NCBI RefSeq assembly: GCF_902652985.1
Contig: NC_047031.1
Span: 8,618,001 to 8,682,000 of the forward strand
Length of the DNA: 64,000 nt
Reading direction: 5' to 3'
Origin: Pecten maximus
Lineage: Eukaryota
Positions within the stretch are counted from its first letter, which is position 1; each line of letters opens with the position of its first letter. The notes under the pieces are model-generated. The model did no database searches and had not been told where the DNA came from. It saw only the letters and a list, made by a program, of their open reading frames with translations. Made by a program: the position numbers and the translations under genes. Positions 12,024 through 23,861 of the stretch are shown in pieces.

Positions 12024-15000
12024 CTGAAAATATATGCAAGACCAAGACTTCAACTTATATTTCTAATTCGAAAAATGATTATTAAATATGATATCTTTAT
12101 CATGATAAACATTAATTTTTCTACGATAAAGGACAAGTGAAAGCAAACTGATGGTGTTATGAGAAGAGACCATAACGCGCTCAGGGACGTCTAGAGATCT
12201 ATCCTCGACGCATCCGATCTCCTCAAAACACTAGTGGACAATGATTGCAATTAAGGTAACAAATCCACTGAGATAAGGAATAGAAAACTGCCTTAAAATT
12301 TCGTTTGAAATAAAATAATAGCGAGAGAGAAAAAAAGACAAATTTACAAAACGGGTCGAATTCCCAACTTTGCGACCAGAGGTAATTCTTAGGAATAAGT
12401 AGGATTTGTACTGTCTGAAGCGACATTTTACATCGCGATATTATTCTGTTTTGAACAAATCCGCAACAAATCTTACATTTCCATTACAAAAATACCATCA
12501 AAAGCCCGCACCAGGTGTACACTGCAGACGATCAAATTCAATGTACATGTATCGTTGTTGATAGTTTCTTTCATTCTACTTTAATGTCAAATCAAATATG
12601 TTTATACTTACTGATGTTTCCACTGTAACCATTTACAGACAGCTTGTAACCACTGATCTCACTGGAGACCTGGAATGTCGAGTATTCGGCGAAACCAAAT
12701 GTCCCATTCAAGGATTCCACTTCAACACGAAGAACACAAGGAGTTTCGGTCAGTGTATGTATATGTGTGTTTCCTGTTAAACATTCAAAGATTATACTAG
12801 TTGATTTACATACCTGGTAATAGTTTCTGTTGCTGTGGGAATAAGGCAGGAACAGTGTGGGATTTAAGGTAGGGTGCTACTCTTTGGTTGGCTGATCGAG
12901 TCACAGACCGATATTGGCACCTTTATTCCAACCGAAAAAAGCCTTGTCGGTCACAAAATAACTTAGGTTAGGTTTATTTTTTTATGTTTAACGTCCTATT
13001 AACAGTAAGTGTCATATAATGACGTGCTAGGTGCTAGGTGATAGGTGGAGGAAAGCCGGAGTACCCGGAGAAAAACCGCCGATCTACGGTCAGTACCAAA
13101 CAACTACCTCACGTTGGAACATGCAGCCCAGAGGTGGAGGGCTAGTGGTAAGGTGTCGGGACACCTTAATCACTCGGCCACCGCGGCCCCTATAGAGGAA
13201 CTAATATGGAATAACCGGAATAAGGCCAAATTAATATCTATTTTACGGATATCAGTTAGAGATGTCCGGAACTCTAACCATAAATCCGACATCAAATGAA
13301 CAGCAAGGATACACGTTTGTGAATTCAAGAGTATGTACACGTTTTGAGATCAAAGCATTATATACTCAATATCATTCAACCAATACGAAAATAGGATACG
13401 ATGTTTTATCAAAATATATGTTTCGCCATTGCAACATTCTCTCACCTAGCCAGAAGTTCCCGAGAAGATCACCAAAGCCGTGTTTGTACTGATCCCAGTT
13501 CCTGTAGAAGTCCACCTCTTTGCTTTGACGGTTCTGTATGACCTGTGTGACACATTCATATATATTCGTCAAGAAAAAAGTTTAAAGAATTTGCCACGAA
13601 ATAAAACGTTCACTGAAATATTATTTAAAACAACTTAGCCGAAACAACACTGCGATCTAAACTAAATTAGATGGACGACATTGACCAATAATAATTATTT
13701 GTGATTCTTTATTGTCGTAAAAATATTCATATTTGTTAAATTGGATAAATTTGCCATTTTCAGTCCAGGGCGTCCTACGCCATCCATGTCACATTACACA
13801 TTTTGTGTTACTAAGGTCCAAGGACCTTATCCAATATCCTTTTCATAATACACTAGAGAGTTTGATATACTTACAGTCCAATGACCTCCTTCACTATCAA
13901 TGTCACAGTACACTAGAGAGCTTGCTATACTTACAGTCCAAGGACCTCCATCACTTTCCATGTCACAGTACACTTCAAAGCTTTTTCCTGATACAGGTGA
14001 GATACGATACACTCCAGACAAGCTTTCTTGATTGAGGTCTGCGCAAGTTTTGATATCTAAACATAGAACAATATGATTTATTATATATATATAGGTAATA
14101 CTATTAATGAAAAACGTCACCTCAGCCATCTTTACAAACAACTCCAACATCCTTTCACCTGATATATACAAATACCTTATATTTGATCGGAGCACTTTGA
14201 TAACGAAGGGAGGGGGGTGACGCTCACAATTAACACAGCAAAGGCATATTGATTCCGGTTATTTAACTAAAATAATCAGTAATTTTCATAATTGTCATTC
14301 GGTACGCAACCAAAAAATAAGATCTGTCGTTTACAAGGTACAACGTCGGGCACATGGGCAGTGTCATGCTCACTTCTTGTTGTACGTTAAGGCAAAGCCT
14401 ACAATGTTTTATTTTTTCCTTCTTTTATAATGCAATTTTAATTATTTTAAGCAGTGACTCATTTATTTTCGGAAATGTGTCTCTGGTCAAGATGTTTTAC
14501 TTGTTTTCACCAATTTGTATTACAACTGCTTATTTTCTATAATATACAGAAAAATGATATTTTAGGAAACACTGTTATAGAGTACTACTTGTGAATGTCA
14601 CATCACCTTGTAAGTATATCACCCCCATCCCGTCAGTGATTTCTGTTTTGTTGTTTATATCATGAAGAAAACACTGGTGGGTTGATCCGTCATACGTCGC
14701 CATTGACCGGTTGTGTGTTACGGCAATCACAACACACTCTATAGGAGAAACGGCCAATACATCCGAATCGGCACCATAGGGCAGTGTTCCCGAGTTGTAG
14801 GTGGTACGTATCTCAAATAAGTTTTGGGTGGATTCCAGACTTAAAACGTCCACCCACACTGCAACAATAACAAGTTTCAGGCCAGTAAATATGGTCATAC
14901 AATGGTCGCTTATGTATTGAAAAAAATGCAATAACAATAAAATATTTTGTATGAAACATAAGCAATATAAACAGAATAAGTAAAGATAAACAAAAAATCG

Positions 15001-15090
15001 TGCTACATGTAGATATTAAGAAATCTCAATCTTACCTGCAAACCAAGACAGACTCAACAGCCATGTCAAGGCTACATGTACACGCCTCAT
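11770..15090 (-). CDS. Secreted degenerate-PAN + fibrinogen-related domain protein (FReD), copy 2; 6 coding exons
   Basis: Exons: 15090-15036 ([18 protein letters not shown]), 14858-14607 (PAN-like, 2 Cys; donor position less certain), 14056-13935 (TCADL..SGVYRI..YCDM..GGPWT), 13542-13446 (VIQNR..FWLG), 12773-12612 ([21 protein letters not shown]), 12023-11770 ([25 protein letters not shown]). All phases are compatible. Confidence 0.94.
12612..12773 (-). CDS. FReD copy 2, internal exon
   Basis: 162 nt, phase 1-1, paralogous to 3876-4040. Confidence 0.92.
12964..13190 (-). mobile_element. tRNA-derived SINE family A (V-domain-like core), intronic
   Basis: Reverse complement of 21131-21350: A-box GGTGGCCGAGTGATTAA, core TTTTCTCCGGGTACTCCGGCTTTCCTCC, tail CTGTTAATAGGACGTTAAAC. 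Confidence 0.9.
13446..13542 (-). CDS. FReD copy 2, 97-nt exon
   Basis: Reads [33 protein letters not shown]. Confidence 0.95.
13755..13973 (-). repeat. 60-bp tandem duplication of an exon 3' end plus its splice donor (2 good and about 2 decayed copies)
   Basis: TACTTACAGTCCA..TGTCACAGTACAC recurs at 60-nt spacing; donors at 13934 and 13874. Confidence 0.9.
13935..14056 (-). CDS. FReD copy 2, first FReD exon
   Basis: Reads [40 protein letters not shown]. Confidence 0.93.
14607..14858 (-). CDS. FReD copy 2, PAN-like exon
   Basis: SPIEC..ATYD..QC pattern; acceptor ttgcag; phase 1-1. Confidence 0.8.
15036..15090 (-). CDS. FReD copy 2, signal-peptide exon
   Basis: ATG, hydrophobic stretch and donor gtaaga. 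Confidence 0.85.
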
Positions 15091-16039
15091 TCTCTCTGAA
15101 AGTTGTCCCAACTGCATAGTTTGTCATTAGCAGTGGAGTTAGAATGTAAGAGTGTTCTCTTAAGCGTGTCGTGCTTTTTATGAAATTTAAATTATTTATG
15201 TTTCGAAATGTTTCCTTGTGCCTACCCTTGTTAACTTAGTTAACATATCCTGGATCGTCTTAACATGTTTCGGGTCTTACATCATAATTAACAATCTAAT
15301 TAGAAAAGACTATAACGCAAAATACGTCGATGTAAATAATTACTTAATCTATGCTGAATTATTAAGATAAAGTTGACAACAATGAATAAGTGTATTAGGT
15401 ATGTATTGCGTACAGTCTTGTTAGGGGTACATGATGTAAGGATCTGTATTCCAATTAACAGTAGACAGACATAAGAATATTAACATCAGTTAAAACCACC
15501 TCGATAGCTTACATAACGCTTTGATATCACATCTGTTCATGACAGAGGGACAATCAGCCTGTAGTCCTAACTTTAAATCTGCACATTTAACAGAAAGTAG
15601 TTATATATATACTTTAATATATCTCTGACAGGTGAGAGAACTGAACATCTTCCTCGCAAGGACGAACGCTCAACTAATCGTCACATTTGAGGAAGTACAT
15701 GGATAGATAAAGAGGGCAAAAATTACCTTTGAAGATAGGAAAAGATAAATTACAAAATGGTTGCAGCCATTTACGAATCAATTTTTTGAGTACATTTACT
15801 AGGCCATAAATGTAAGGGAAACAGACGGGTACAATCATGGAAAAGCTGTATTGTTAAGGCGAGAATGTCTCTATCATTGACACAGAATATTAAGAATCAA
15901 AACACAGAAGGGTTATGGAAGTGTATCGTTGGAGAAAACATATAGATTGTTCTTCATAGGTTTAGGATATAGGATGAGTTGCATGGTCAAAATCCCTGTC
16001 CTTCATACGTTAGTGATGAGTGACAGTGATAAGTACATG

Positions 16040-16180
16040 CTGTATGATAATGATGATCTTTGATGATGATGATGATGATGATGTATGATTATGCATGATG
16101 ATGATCTTTGATTATGGATGATGATGATGATGATGATGATGGATCTACAAAATGATGACGACGACGACGACGATGATGAT
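16040..16180. repeat. (GAT)n/(GAC)n microsatellite
   Basis: Direct inspection. Confidence 0.9.
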
Positions 16181-17213
16181 CAAGGACTGTGTGAGGACGG
16201 ATAACACGGATGACATTCATGACCAGGGCCATATTAGGACAAGTGTCTAGAGGGATATTTACGTCCAGGGTTTTATGAGGACAGGTGTTTAAAGGCGACA
16301 CCATCTGCCAGGATGACCTGAGAACGCTTGTCTTTGGAAAGAGAACAGGTCTAAATGAGGGCGGCTGTTTGGATGGACACCAACAACCAGGGTCATGGGA
16401 GAACCGCTTTGACGTTGGACAGTAACTGCCGAGGTCTTATGAAGAAATAAAGAGAGAAAAAAACAAAAATTGATAAGAGTATTTGTCGTTATAGTAAAGA
16501 ATCACTTGAAGATTTTAAAGATAGATAAGTATTCTTTATAGCATAATTATATGTGTATATATAAAATAAATATGTGTTACTGTATGGTTGAATAAGTTTA
16601 TTGTACATTGTGATACACTGTAACTTTTACTATATACGTTATAGTCATTGTTCATGACGAGACCGAATCTCATCGCAACATAAAAGTCGTAGATGGGATA
16701 AATAAATTATAGCTCTTCCTCCATATGTAATAAAAGGCCTTTCCTGTTATCAACACAATATCTTGTATATATCTCCCTAGAGTACACTGCTAAAAACTCG
16801 CTATTTAGTCAACTAGTCTTCAACGTCCAATATACACTAGATATATGTGAACCAATATCGATTGGCCTGCAAAAGCACAGAGGGTTGAAGGGTCGGGGTC
16901 GAGGTGATGCGAATCAAACAAATTCTGTTTATGTATCTGTTAATATATTTATCTATTTATTCATTTTTAAACATACGATTATGTTTATATTTAAATTTTA
17001 TTTTCAAAATTAAAATCATTTTTACGAAATGTCCATGGAGTTAATATAAAAGCATCACATACAAGTATTGGAATGAGAAACATGAGGGATTTCTGAATAT
17101 GGTTTTCTTTCTTTTTTATAATTTATAATTTCATACATTTTGTAATCAGTTGACTTCGGTGTATAATTTATCCTAGACATTAGTGAAAGTAGCATTGGGC
17201 TGTTTGAATTTAA

Positions 17214-17445
17214 TGGTGGTCGGATGGCACAGTGGTAACAAACTTGCCTTTAGGCGACCGGGGTTCGATTCCACGATTGGACGTGAAAAGGCATGGGGTC
17301 ACCTGCCCGACCACGTGTGTTTTCGCTGGGTACTCCGGATTCCTTCCACAATCAGACCTTTTGCGCGCGTTCATCCTAGCCAACACGTAATTAATATAAA
17401 TTAACATAACTTGTTTCGCAATTGTTGTAAAATAGATAAAGTTTA
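17214..17445 (+). mobile_element. tRNA-derived SINE family B (V-domain-like core)
   Basis: A-box TGGCACAGTGG, B-box GGTTCGATTCC, core GGGTACTCCGGATTCCTTCCACA, tail TTTCGCAATTGTTGTAAAATAGATAAAG; a second copy lies at 20819-20968. Confidence 0.85.
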
Positions 17446-18404
17446 CAGTACATTATTGCATTAATTCTTTATTTCTTTCTTCGTAAGAACATGTACATGC
17501 AGCTTGTAGTTAAACACATTTCCTTCGTTTTTACTAATCTATAAGGATCAGTGCACGGCCATCATAGATTGGTGATTTGAAAGTATGTAAGTGTGTGCAA
17601 AATACTGTAGCAAATCGATCCAACATTGGTATTTAACGAATTATTAAGATACTGTTTCGGAAATATATATATACATTAAAAGCATCAGTTGGAATTAAAA
17701 AGATGAATATATAGATAGTGACTACATGCCATTAGGTCAAGTCTAAACATGCATAAAAGACTGCGTCTTCAAAGTCACTGAAACTCCGAAAAATAGCATG
17801 AGCAATTTATACTGACTTTAGACTGAAGTTAGGATGATTTCCTATTTCAGAATATATCTGGGGTAGGATTTGTGGTATGTTATCCAACACTGTAGTTAAA
17901 GTGAATACTTGTTGTGTTAACTACCTGTAGCATGTGTCCTGTCACGCGGTCCTTCCTGTTCATAGTTGGCTGGGTGCACTCATGCTCTGGAATATATATC
18001 TGTATTTGTATGTAAGTGTATGGTTAATTGGATTCTCCTTCCATGGAAATATGTCGTTTTGTTGTCTGTCTATATGTCCGCTTTACTTTCCGTTCGATAT
18101 TTGTTCATTTTCCCTCCTTTTTTTCCCTTTGTATTTTCTTTCTTTCTTTCTTTCTTTCTTTTTTTTGGGGGGGGGGGGGGGTTAAAAGGAAAATTCAGAG
18201 TCAATAGATGATGAATAAACTAAAAAAGGATCAGCAGCAAACAACATGATCGTGGTTCAATCTGAAAAGAAATTGGGATTGCACTTTAACTCATAATATT
18301 TTTACCCTTTAGAATACCATGGTAAACAGAACTCAGGTCGTCTTACATATTTTTGCATTTTCTGTAAGTATGACAATAAGCATGAACCACTACACAGTTA
18401 CTAG

Positions 18405-19080
18405 ACTCAGTATTTAGCTAAGTGGAAGGAGGCATGGCAATGTGACCGAAGGGTCGCTAGTTCGCATTTGCTCTGTGTTGAATCATTGAAGAAGATAATT
18501 CTATTGTGGTCCAGTCGACTCAGCTTTAAATGAGTACTGTAGGTAGTAGCTAGGGCATTATAAATATAATTTCAACCGGTTGACGGTAGGAATTAGGATG
18601 TAATTATTTTCTCTTTGGTATGAAATACGCCAATAGGTGGCGTTTCCGGTATTTGCACGTGCAAATTGGCTTGGGTGTAATTTATACGTGTCATTCAGGC
18701 GACAAAGGTAGTAGTGAGCACACGTAATTTTTTATGAAGATAGGTAAGGTGAGGAATAGGTATGATGTGAGAAATATGTATTTTTGTCACTGTTTTGTAT
18801 ATTTATGTTTTTTTTTAATAAACTCATCAGTCAGTGCCTATGTCGCTGTGAAATACAGTGGTTATATTTGTGTTGTTTGTCCTATTGGGTTATGTAGAAG
18901 AGAACAAATGCCGTGTGTAAGCTTAAATTACAGTTCTTACTGAATGTTCCCCGGGGATTTGAGAAAGACAATGACTGCCTGCTAAAGGCCGCATAACCAC
19001 GGATAATAATTTGTGAACCGCCTTGAGGCGGCTATGTTGTTGTATATAAAGCGATATATAAAACTCAAAATCATCATCAA
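18405..19080 (+). mobile_element. Degenerate CORE-like SINE interrupted by about 400 bp of unrelated sequence
   Basis: Head and core (CCAGTCGACTCAGCTTTAAATGAGTAC) at 18405-18545 and tail (GAGAAAGACAATGACTG..GGATAATAATTT) at 18940-19080 both resemble 43800-44130. Confidence 0.55.
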
Positions 19081-19149
19081 TTAACTATTTTCAGAAGACA
19101 ATGTAATGAGTTGGAGCTGTTAGACAGACAACAGAATATCGAGTTATGT

Positions 19150-19612
19150 AAATATAACAATAAACATGGGCGGCTGATAAATAAATACTCGACTTGAGTT
19201 ATCTTTTAATGTTGGAACAAACACTGGTTGTTAGTGAGAGAGATACATGTGTACTATACTAGCATTCTCTGTAATTATTACAATAAACATTTGCTGATAT
19301 ATGAATACTAGACTCGCATTCTCTATAAATATTAAATACTAGACTCGCGTTCTCTGTAAATATTACAATAAACACTGGCTGATAGATAAATAATAGACTC
19401 GCGTTCTCTATTAACTTTACAATTAACACTGGCTGATAGGTAAATACTAGACTAGAATTATCTGTAAACATTACAATAACACTGGCTGATAGGTAAATAC
19501 TAGACTAGAATTCTCTGTAAACATTACAATAACACTGGCTGATAGATAGATACTAGACTAGAATTCTCTGTAAATGAACAATACGAGCGGGCTGATAAAT
19601 AAATACTAGATT
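19150..19612. repeat. ~53-54-bp tandem repeat (TAAATACTAGACTAGAATTCTCTGTAAACATTACAATAACACTGGCTGATAGG)
   Basis: About 7-8 copies. Confidence 0.9.
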
Positions 19613-20219
19613 CTGCTTAACACCTTCTAGGCTAACATTTCATGTAGAAATTAAAACACCATGCATTTATCGAATAATTATTTTAATTTTTTTTTTTTTT
19701 TTTTCTTTCTTTTATTTATGTCTGGGGTTTTTTCCAATATCATTTCAGACATGTACATAAAATGTACGTTAAATGTGACTGCTTACGATTGGGAAATCAG
19801 CAAAGTTAATGGCAATATTGATTAATATTTGATGTGATATCAAGTCGATGTTTTTATCATTAGTTTGCCAACCAACCAAAAACGTCGAGTACTTAAACAG
19901 AGCATTTCACTTCAGGGTGACATTTATAGGTAGCTTTCATTTGAAAAACGTGTTAAATATTAAATGACAGAAAGAGTTATAAATTATTCACCTCCCATAT
20001 ATTCTTTATCTCCGTATCCATGAAATACAAGGAAATATTCTACAAGCAATAACCATAAATCGGGATAGTTTGAATCTAGGTTTTAATTTTTTATTTGGTG
20101 CCTGGCGCCATTTCGATCGATTCCGATTCAGTGAACCTTAAAAGTCTATTGGTTTACTTATTTGACATGTTTGAAGTATGTAGGAATGTCTTACCTGTTT
20201 TTAATATAATTTCAAACAT

Positions 20220-20500
20220 ATTAGGAGTGGGACGACTGGTTCGCCCGTTGTCAGTATAATGTGACTGGATAGGGTGTCCTGCTTGGTGTTTTCGGCAGTA
20301 TGCTTCAGTGAGGTAGCACTATAAATCGGCAAAAGTTCCGGCCTATCACAAGGAGACTTAACACGAACATACCGCAGCCTCTCAAAACACACATACGCAC
20401 TCACCACACGCATGCGTGTCGCACGCATGGGAGGCCGTCCTTAAATGACCTTAGCTGTTAATAGGACGTTAAACAAAATAAACCAAACCAAACCAATCAA
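20220..20500 (+). mobile_element. 5'-truncated SINE with a Meta-domain-like body
   Basis: Body GGAGTGGGACGACTGGTTCGCCCGTTGTCAGTATAATGTGAC..CAGTGAGGTAGCACTATAAA; tail GTCCTTAAATGACCTTAGCTGTTAATAGGACGTTAAAC followed by (AAACC)n. Family assignment is from memory. Confidence 0.75.
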
Positions 20501-20818
20501 ACAAAAAAGCTAGTCATTTGTATACAATAATGTAGGTCAGGGTCCTTAACCGCGACGACTTCAAAGGTAACTGTCGAAGGGTGATGGCTTCAACGGGGCC
20601 CAGTGGTGAAATGTTCGTACTATGTCAAGATAGGTTTCATTAATCAAGAGCCCAGAAATATAGCAGTGCTCCCACATTTCGGGTTTTATTTCAAAATGGT
20701 GGACCTGTTACAAGGAAGGTAACTATAATGCTTACTTATAGGTGGTGAGACACTATTATTACATGTAGTTATAATGCTACAGGCCGCGAACAGATTTATT
20801 GTAAAAAAAAAATGTAAA

Positions 20819-20968
20819 CTTTATCTATTTTACAACAACTGCGAAATGGAGTACCCGGGGGAAACCCACGTGGTCAGGAGGTGAACAAATACCTTTTCCA
20901 CGGGGAATCAAACTCCGGTCGCCTTGGTGAAAGGCAAGTGTGTTACCACTGTGACACCCGACCATCCG
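20819..20968 (-). mobile_element. SINE family B, internally deleted copy
   Basis: Reverse complement matches the head, core and tail of 17214-17445. Confidence 0.8.
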
Positions 20969-21130
20969 AACAGGTTTATACTGCACCATGGACATTGGAA
21001 TACATATGTATGTCGAAATTTGATACAGAGTAGATAAACATGTCAAATTTAGATACACCAAAATAAAATCACCCAGTTTTGAGGATACATACCCCGATAT
21101 TACCCAATACCAAACTATCCTATCTCGTGT

Positions 21131-21350
21131 GAGAGGCCGCGGTGGCCGAGTGGTTAATGTGTCCCGAAACTTTAACACTACCCCTCCATCTCTGGGTCGC
21201 GAGTTCGAAACCTACGTGGGGCAGTTGCCGGGTACTGACCGTAGTCCGGTGGTTTTTCTCCGGGTACTCTGGCTTTCCTCAACTTCCAAAACCTGGCACG
21301 TCCTTAAATTACCCTGGCTGTTAATAGGACGTTAAACAAAAACAAACAAA
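21131..21350 (+). mobile_element. Full-length tRNA-derived SINE family A with a 20-bp target-site duplication
   Basis: A-box GGTGGCCGAGTGG, B-box GAGTTCGAAACC, (CAAA)n tail; TSD CAAACTATCCT(A/T)TCTCGTGT at 21111-21130 and 21351-21370. Confidence 0.95.
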
Positions 21351-22019
21351 CAAACTATCCTTTCTCGTGTACGGTAAGGACATTAATAATAATTATCATT
21401 AGTAACAATGGTACATTAGAGCAATAATACCGGGCTATTGTCAAAGCAATAATCAGCTTTATTAGATTAGATTTTCGACAGATCCTTTGATCTATCAACC
21501 AGCACTCTATGACGTATCCAACAAATTAGAACTATGATAGGTACTGTACCATTATCCTAAAGAAAATAGTCCCCATCATTCAGTTACAATGTTGATGTCA
21601 CTTTTACATGATAGATAGACCAGCGCCTTGATGTTTAGCGTTTTCCTGATCATCGTTGCCAAGAGGCTTTCTCTTCGTACCTTTGCTAGCCCTGTACAGC
21701 ATCGCTGGCAACTTGCTACGTAAAATATATTATGGATTCATCTCCATTGTTTTGCAAATATCAAAAATAAACGCACCGAGAGAATAGGGTTTCAGATTCC
21801 ATGGATAGCAACATCCGTGTACATGCCTGATATGTTGCCTGTCAGCGACGCGAATCCAGCCAGTTGTTGAAAAAACTGACAATTCATTATAGTTTTGCAT
21901 TCGTTTGTTTTTGAGTTTTTGAGTTTTTTTTTTTTTTTTTACGACATTTTGTCCTTCTCCCTAACATGTATTGGATCAACAAAATACATTTGTTTCTTTG
22001 ATAATGTAGTTTTGTCTCC

Positions 22020-22097
22020 TTCGAACTCGCAACCCAGAGGTGGACAGCTAGTGATAAAGTGTCGGGACACCTCAACCTCTCGGCCAAAGCGGCCCCC
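22020..22097 (-). mobile_element. SINE family A, tRNA head only
   Basis: Reverse complement of 21131-21210. Confidence 0.85.
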
Positions 22098-23643
22098 TCG
22101 ACGCTTCGATTTCCGAAATGAGTATTGTTATATCTCATTGTATATAACAGCGTATTTGATTGGATTAATGTGATCACATGATCCTGAAAACACGTCGTGT
22201 CGCCAGCCTGAAATCGAGTCGTCTCCATTTTGAGCATTTTTCAAAAGAAAGAGCTTGTTAGCTTTTAGTTCTTGATGGTGTCGTAATTCTGTGCTCCTGT
22301 GGTGATGCTTTCTATCCTTGATTTACAATTCAGACCAAATTGTCCTTAGTTCTTCGCGATAATGACCTTACATTAAGAATGTAAATCCTTAGCTTCATTT
22401 TATATGAGATTTGATGTTCTACAAGTTTAGACATGTTGGCCAACCGACAGAACGCATGACTATATTATCAAATAATCGTTGTTTCGTGTTTCGACAACGG
22501 TCGGTGGTTACAGTACATTTAAACAAAACACCGTACTCTGTTGTGTTCCAGTCTACATATCTCCCCAAAAAAATGCAGTGATGAAAATGGCCGAATTGCA
22601 GCACTGGCTGCACGCTTCCCATAAAGATAAGAAAGGTGATGGTTAGTAGTTATAAAGGCCGATACCACGGATATTTTTTTTTAGACTTTTTAAGTCTGTT
22701 TATTGCTGTTATAAAGTGCGGTATATAAGGAAATTTACTTATGCCTATTAATGCTGTTGATTCGGCCATTACTAGGGGCGGGGCTGGTATCACCGTAACC
22801 AACAGGATCAATGAGGTTCAAATGTATGTTATGCATGAGCCTTTTTTCACGCATAGCTTCATTGATAAATGTTTGAAGAATATAGATGATCAATTCCAAG
22901 CTTATCAACGAAAATTAGTTCTGGTGTGCCCTGACCCAAAACATTTTAATTCATCCCAACGGAAACTACTATTAAATACCAGAATAACAGCTATTAAGAA
23001 TGTATACGTGAGGACCACGGGGACAATTATAGACGACATTAAAAAATCTATATTTTACAACAAAAAAAGTATGTTTAGTGAACAGAAAATGGTTCCTTCA
23101 ACGCTAACGACATGTTGTTTTTTTAGCTCACCTGCCCGAAGGTGCAGTTCCATAGGTAGTTATATAGGTAATTCGTATCTGTCATATAGAGGTAAGTACT
23201 AAGAACTAACGCCAAGACACTTACAGCAAGTATTGATGCATTGGTTGGACGGGAATGTTTTGACAAAATGTTTGGTATAACCAGAGACTTGTATATCAGG
23301 TATATACGTCTCTGGTATAACTAAAATGACAGTTACTCAGTAAGTGCGGGAACTTATTTTCACAGTATTCTTTATGGTTCATATGGACCAGATAAAGGAA
23401 AACCGCTTTGATATTTAGAATATAACGTTTATATGATGTATCTGATGCTTAATTACCAATGCTTGTATGGTGATGTGGAGTTATCTGAAATAAACTATTC
23501 TCTACCTAAAAACGATAACATTGTAGAGGTTGTCTCCCTTGTTCTGATTTTTATTTCATGTCAATCTAAATATCTCGGAGATATTTCCGGCAAAACTCGG
23601 AAATCTGATTGGAAATATTGTTTTTTTCCCGCGATCTTTACTC

Positions 23644-23723
23644 AAAATCGAAAGTCGAAAGTCAAAAGTCGAAAGTCAAAAGTCGAAAGTCGAAAGACAA
23701 AAGGTCCTCTCACGGCTTCCGTA
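23644..23723. repeat. (AAAGTCG) heptamer array followed by GGCTTCCGTAG; probable non-autonomous transposon end
   Basis: About 8 heptamers seen directly; transposon origin is inference. Confidence 0.6.
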
Positions 23724-23861
23724 GTAGCCAACACTTGACCCGCTCCTTTGTAGAGAAAAAAATATATAAAACAACAATGTGTTTATCAGTAGGTAAATTC
23801 CTTTATACATGAAACATCAATAACAGAATAAAGTAGATATCGAAAACATTGAGATATGTTA

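Noticed and set aside
21500-22420. Slightly GC-richer tract that might be decayed coding sequence
   Set aside because: The frames I translated are interrupted by stops and show no identifiable motif.
22741-23202. 153-aa ORF
   Set aside because: No recognisable motif or splice partners; it ends in a repeat-like terminus (TTTTAGCTCACCTGCCCGAAGG). Cannot be supported as coding.
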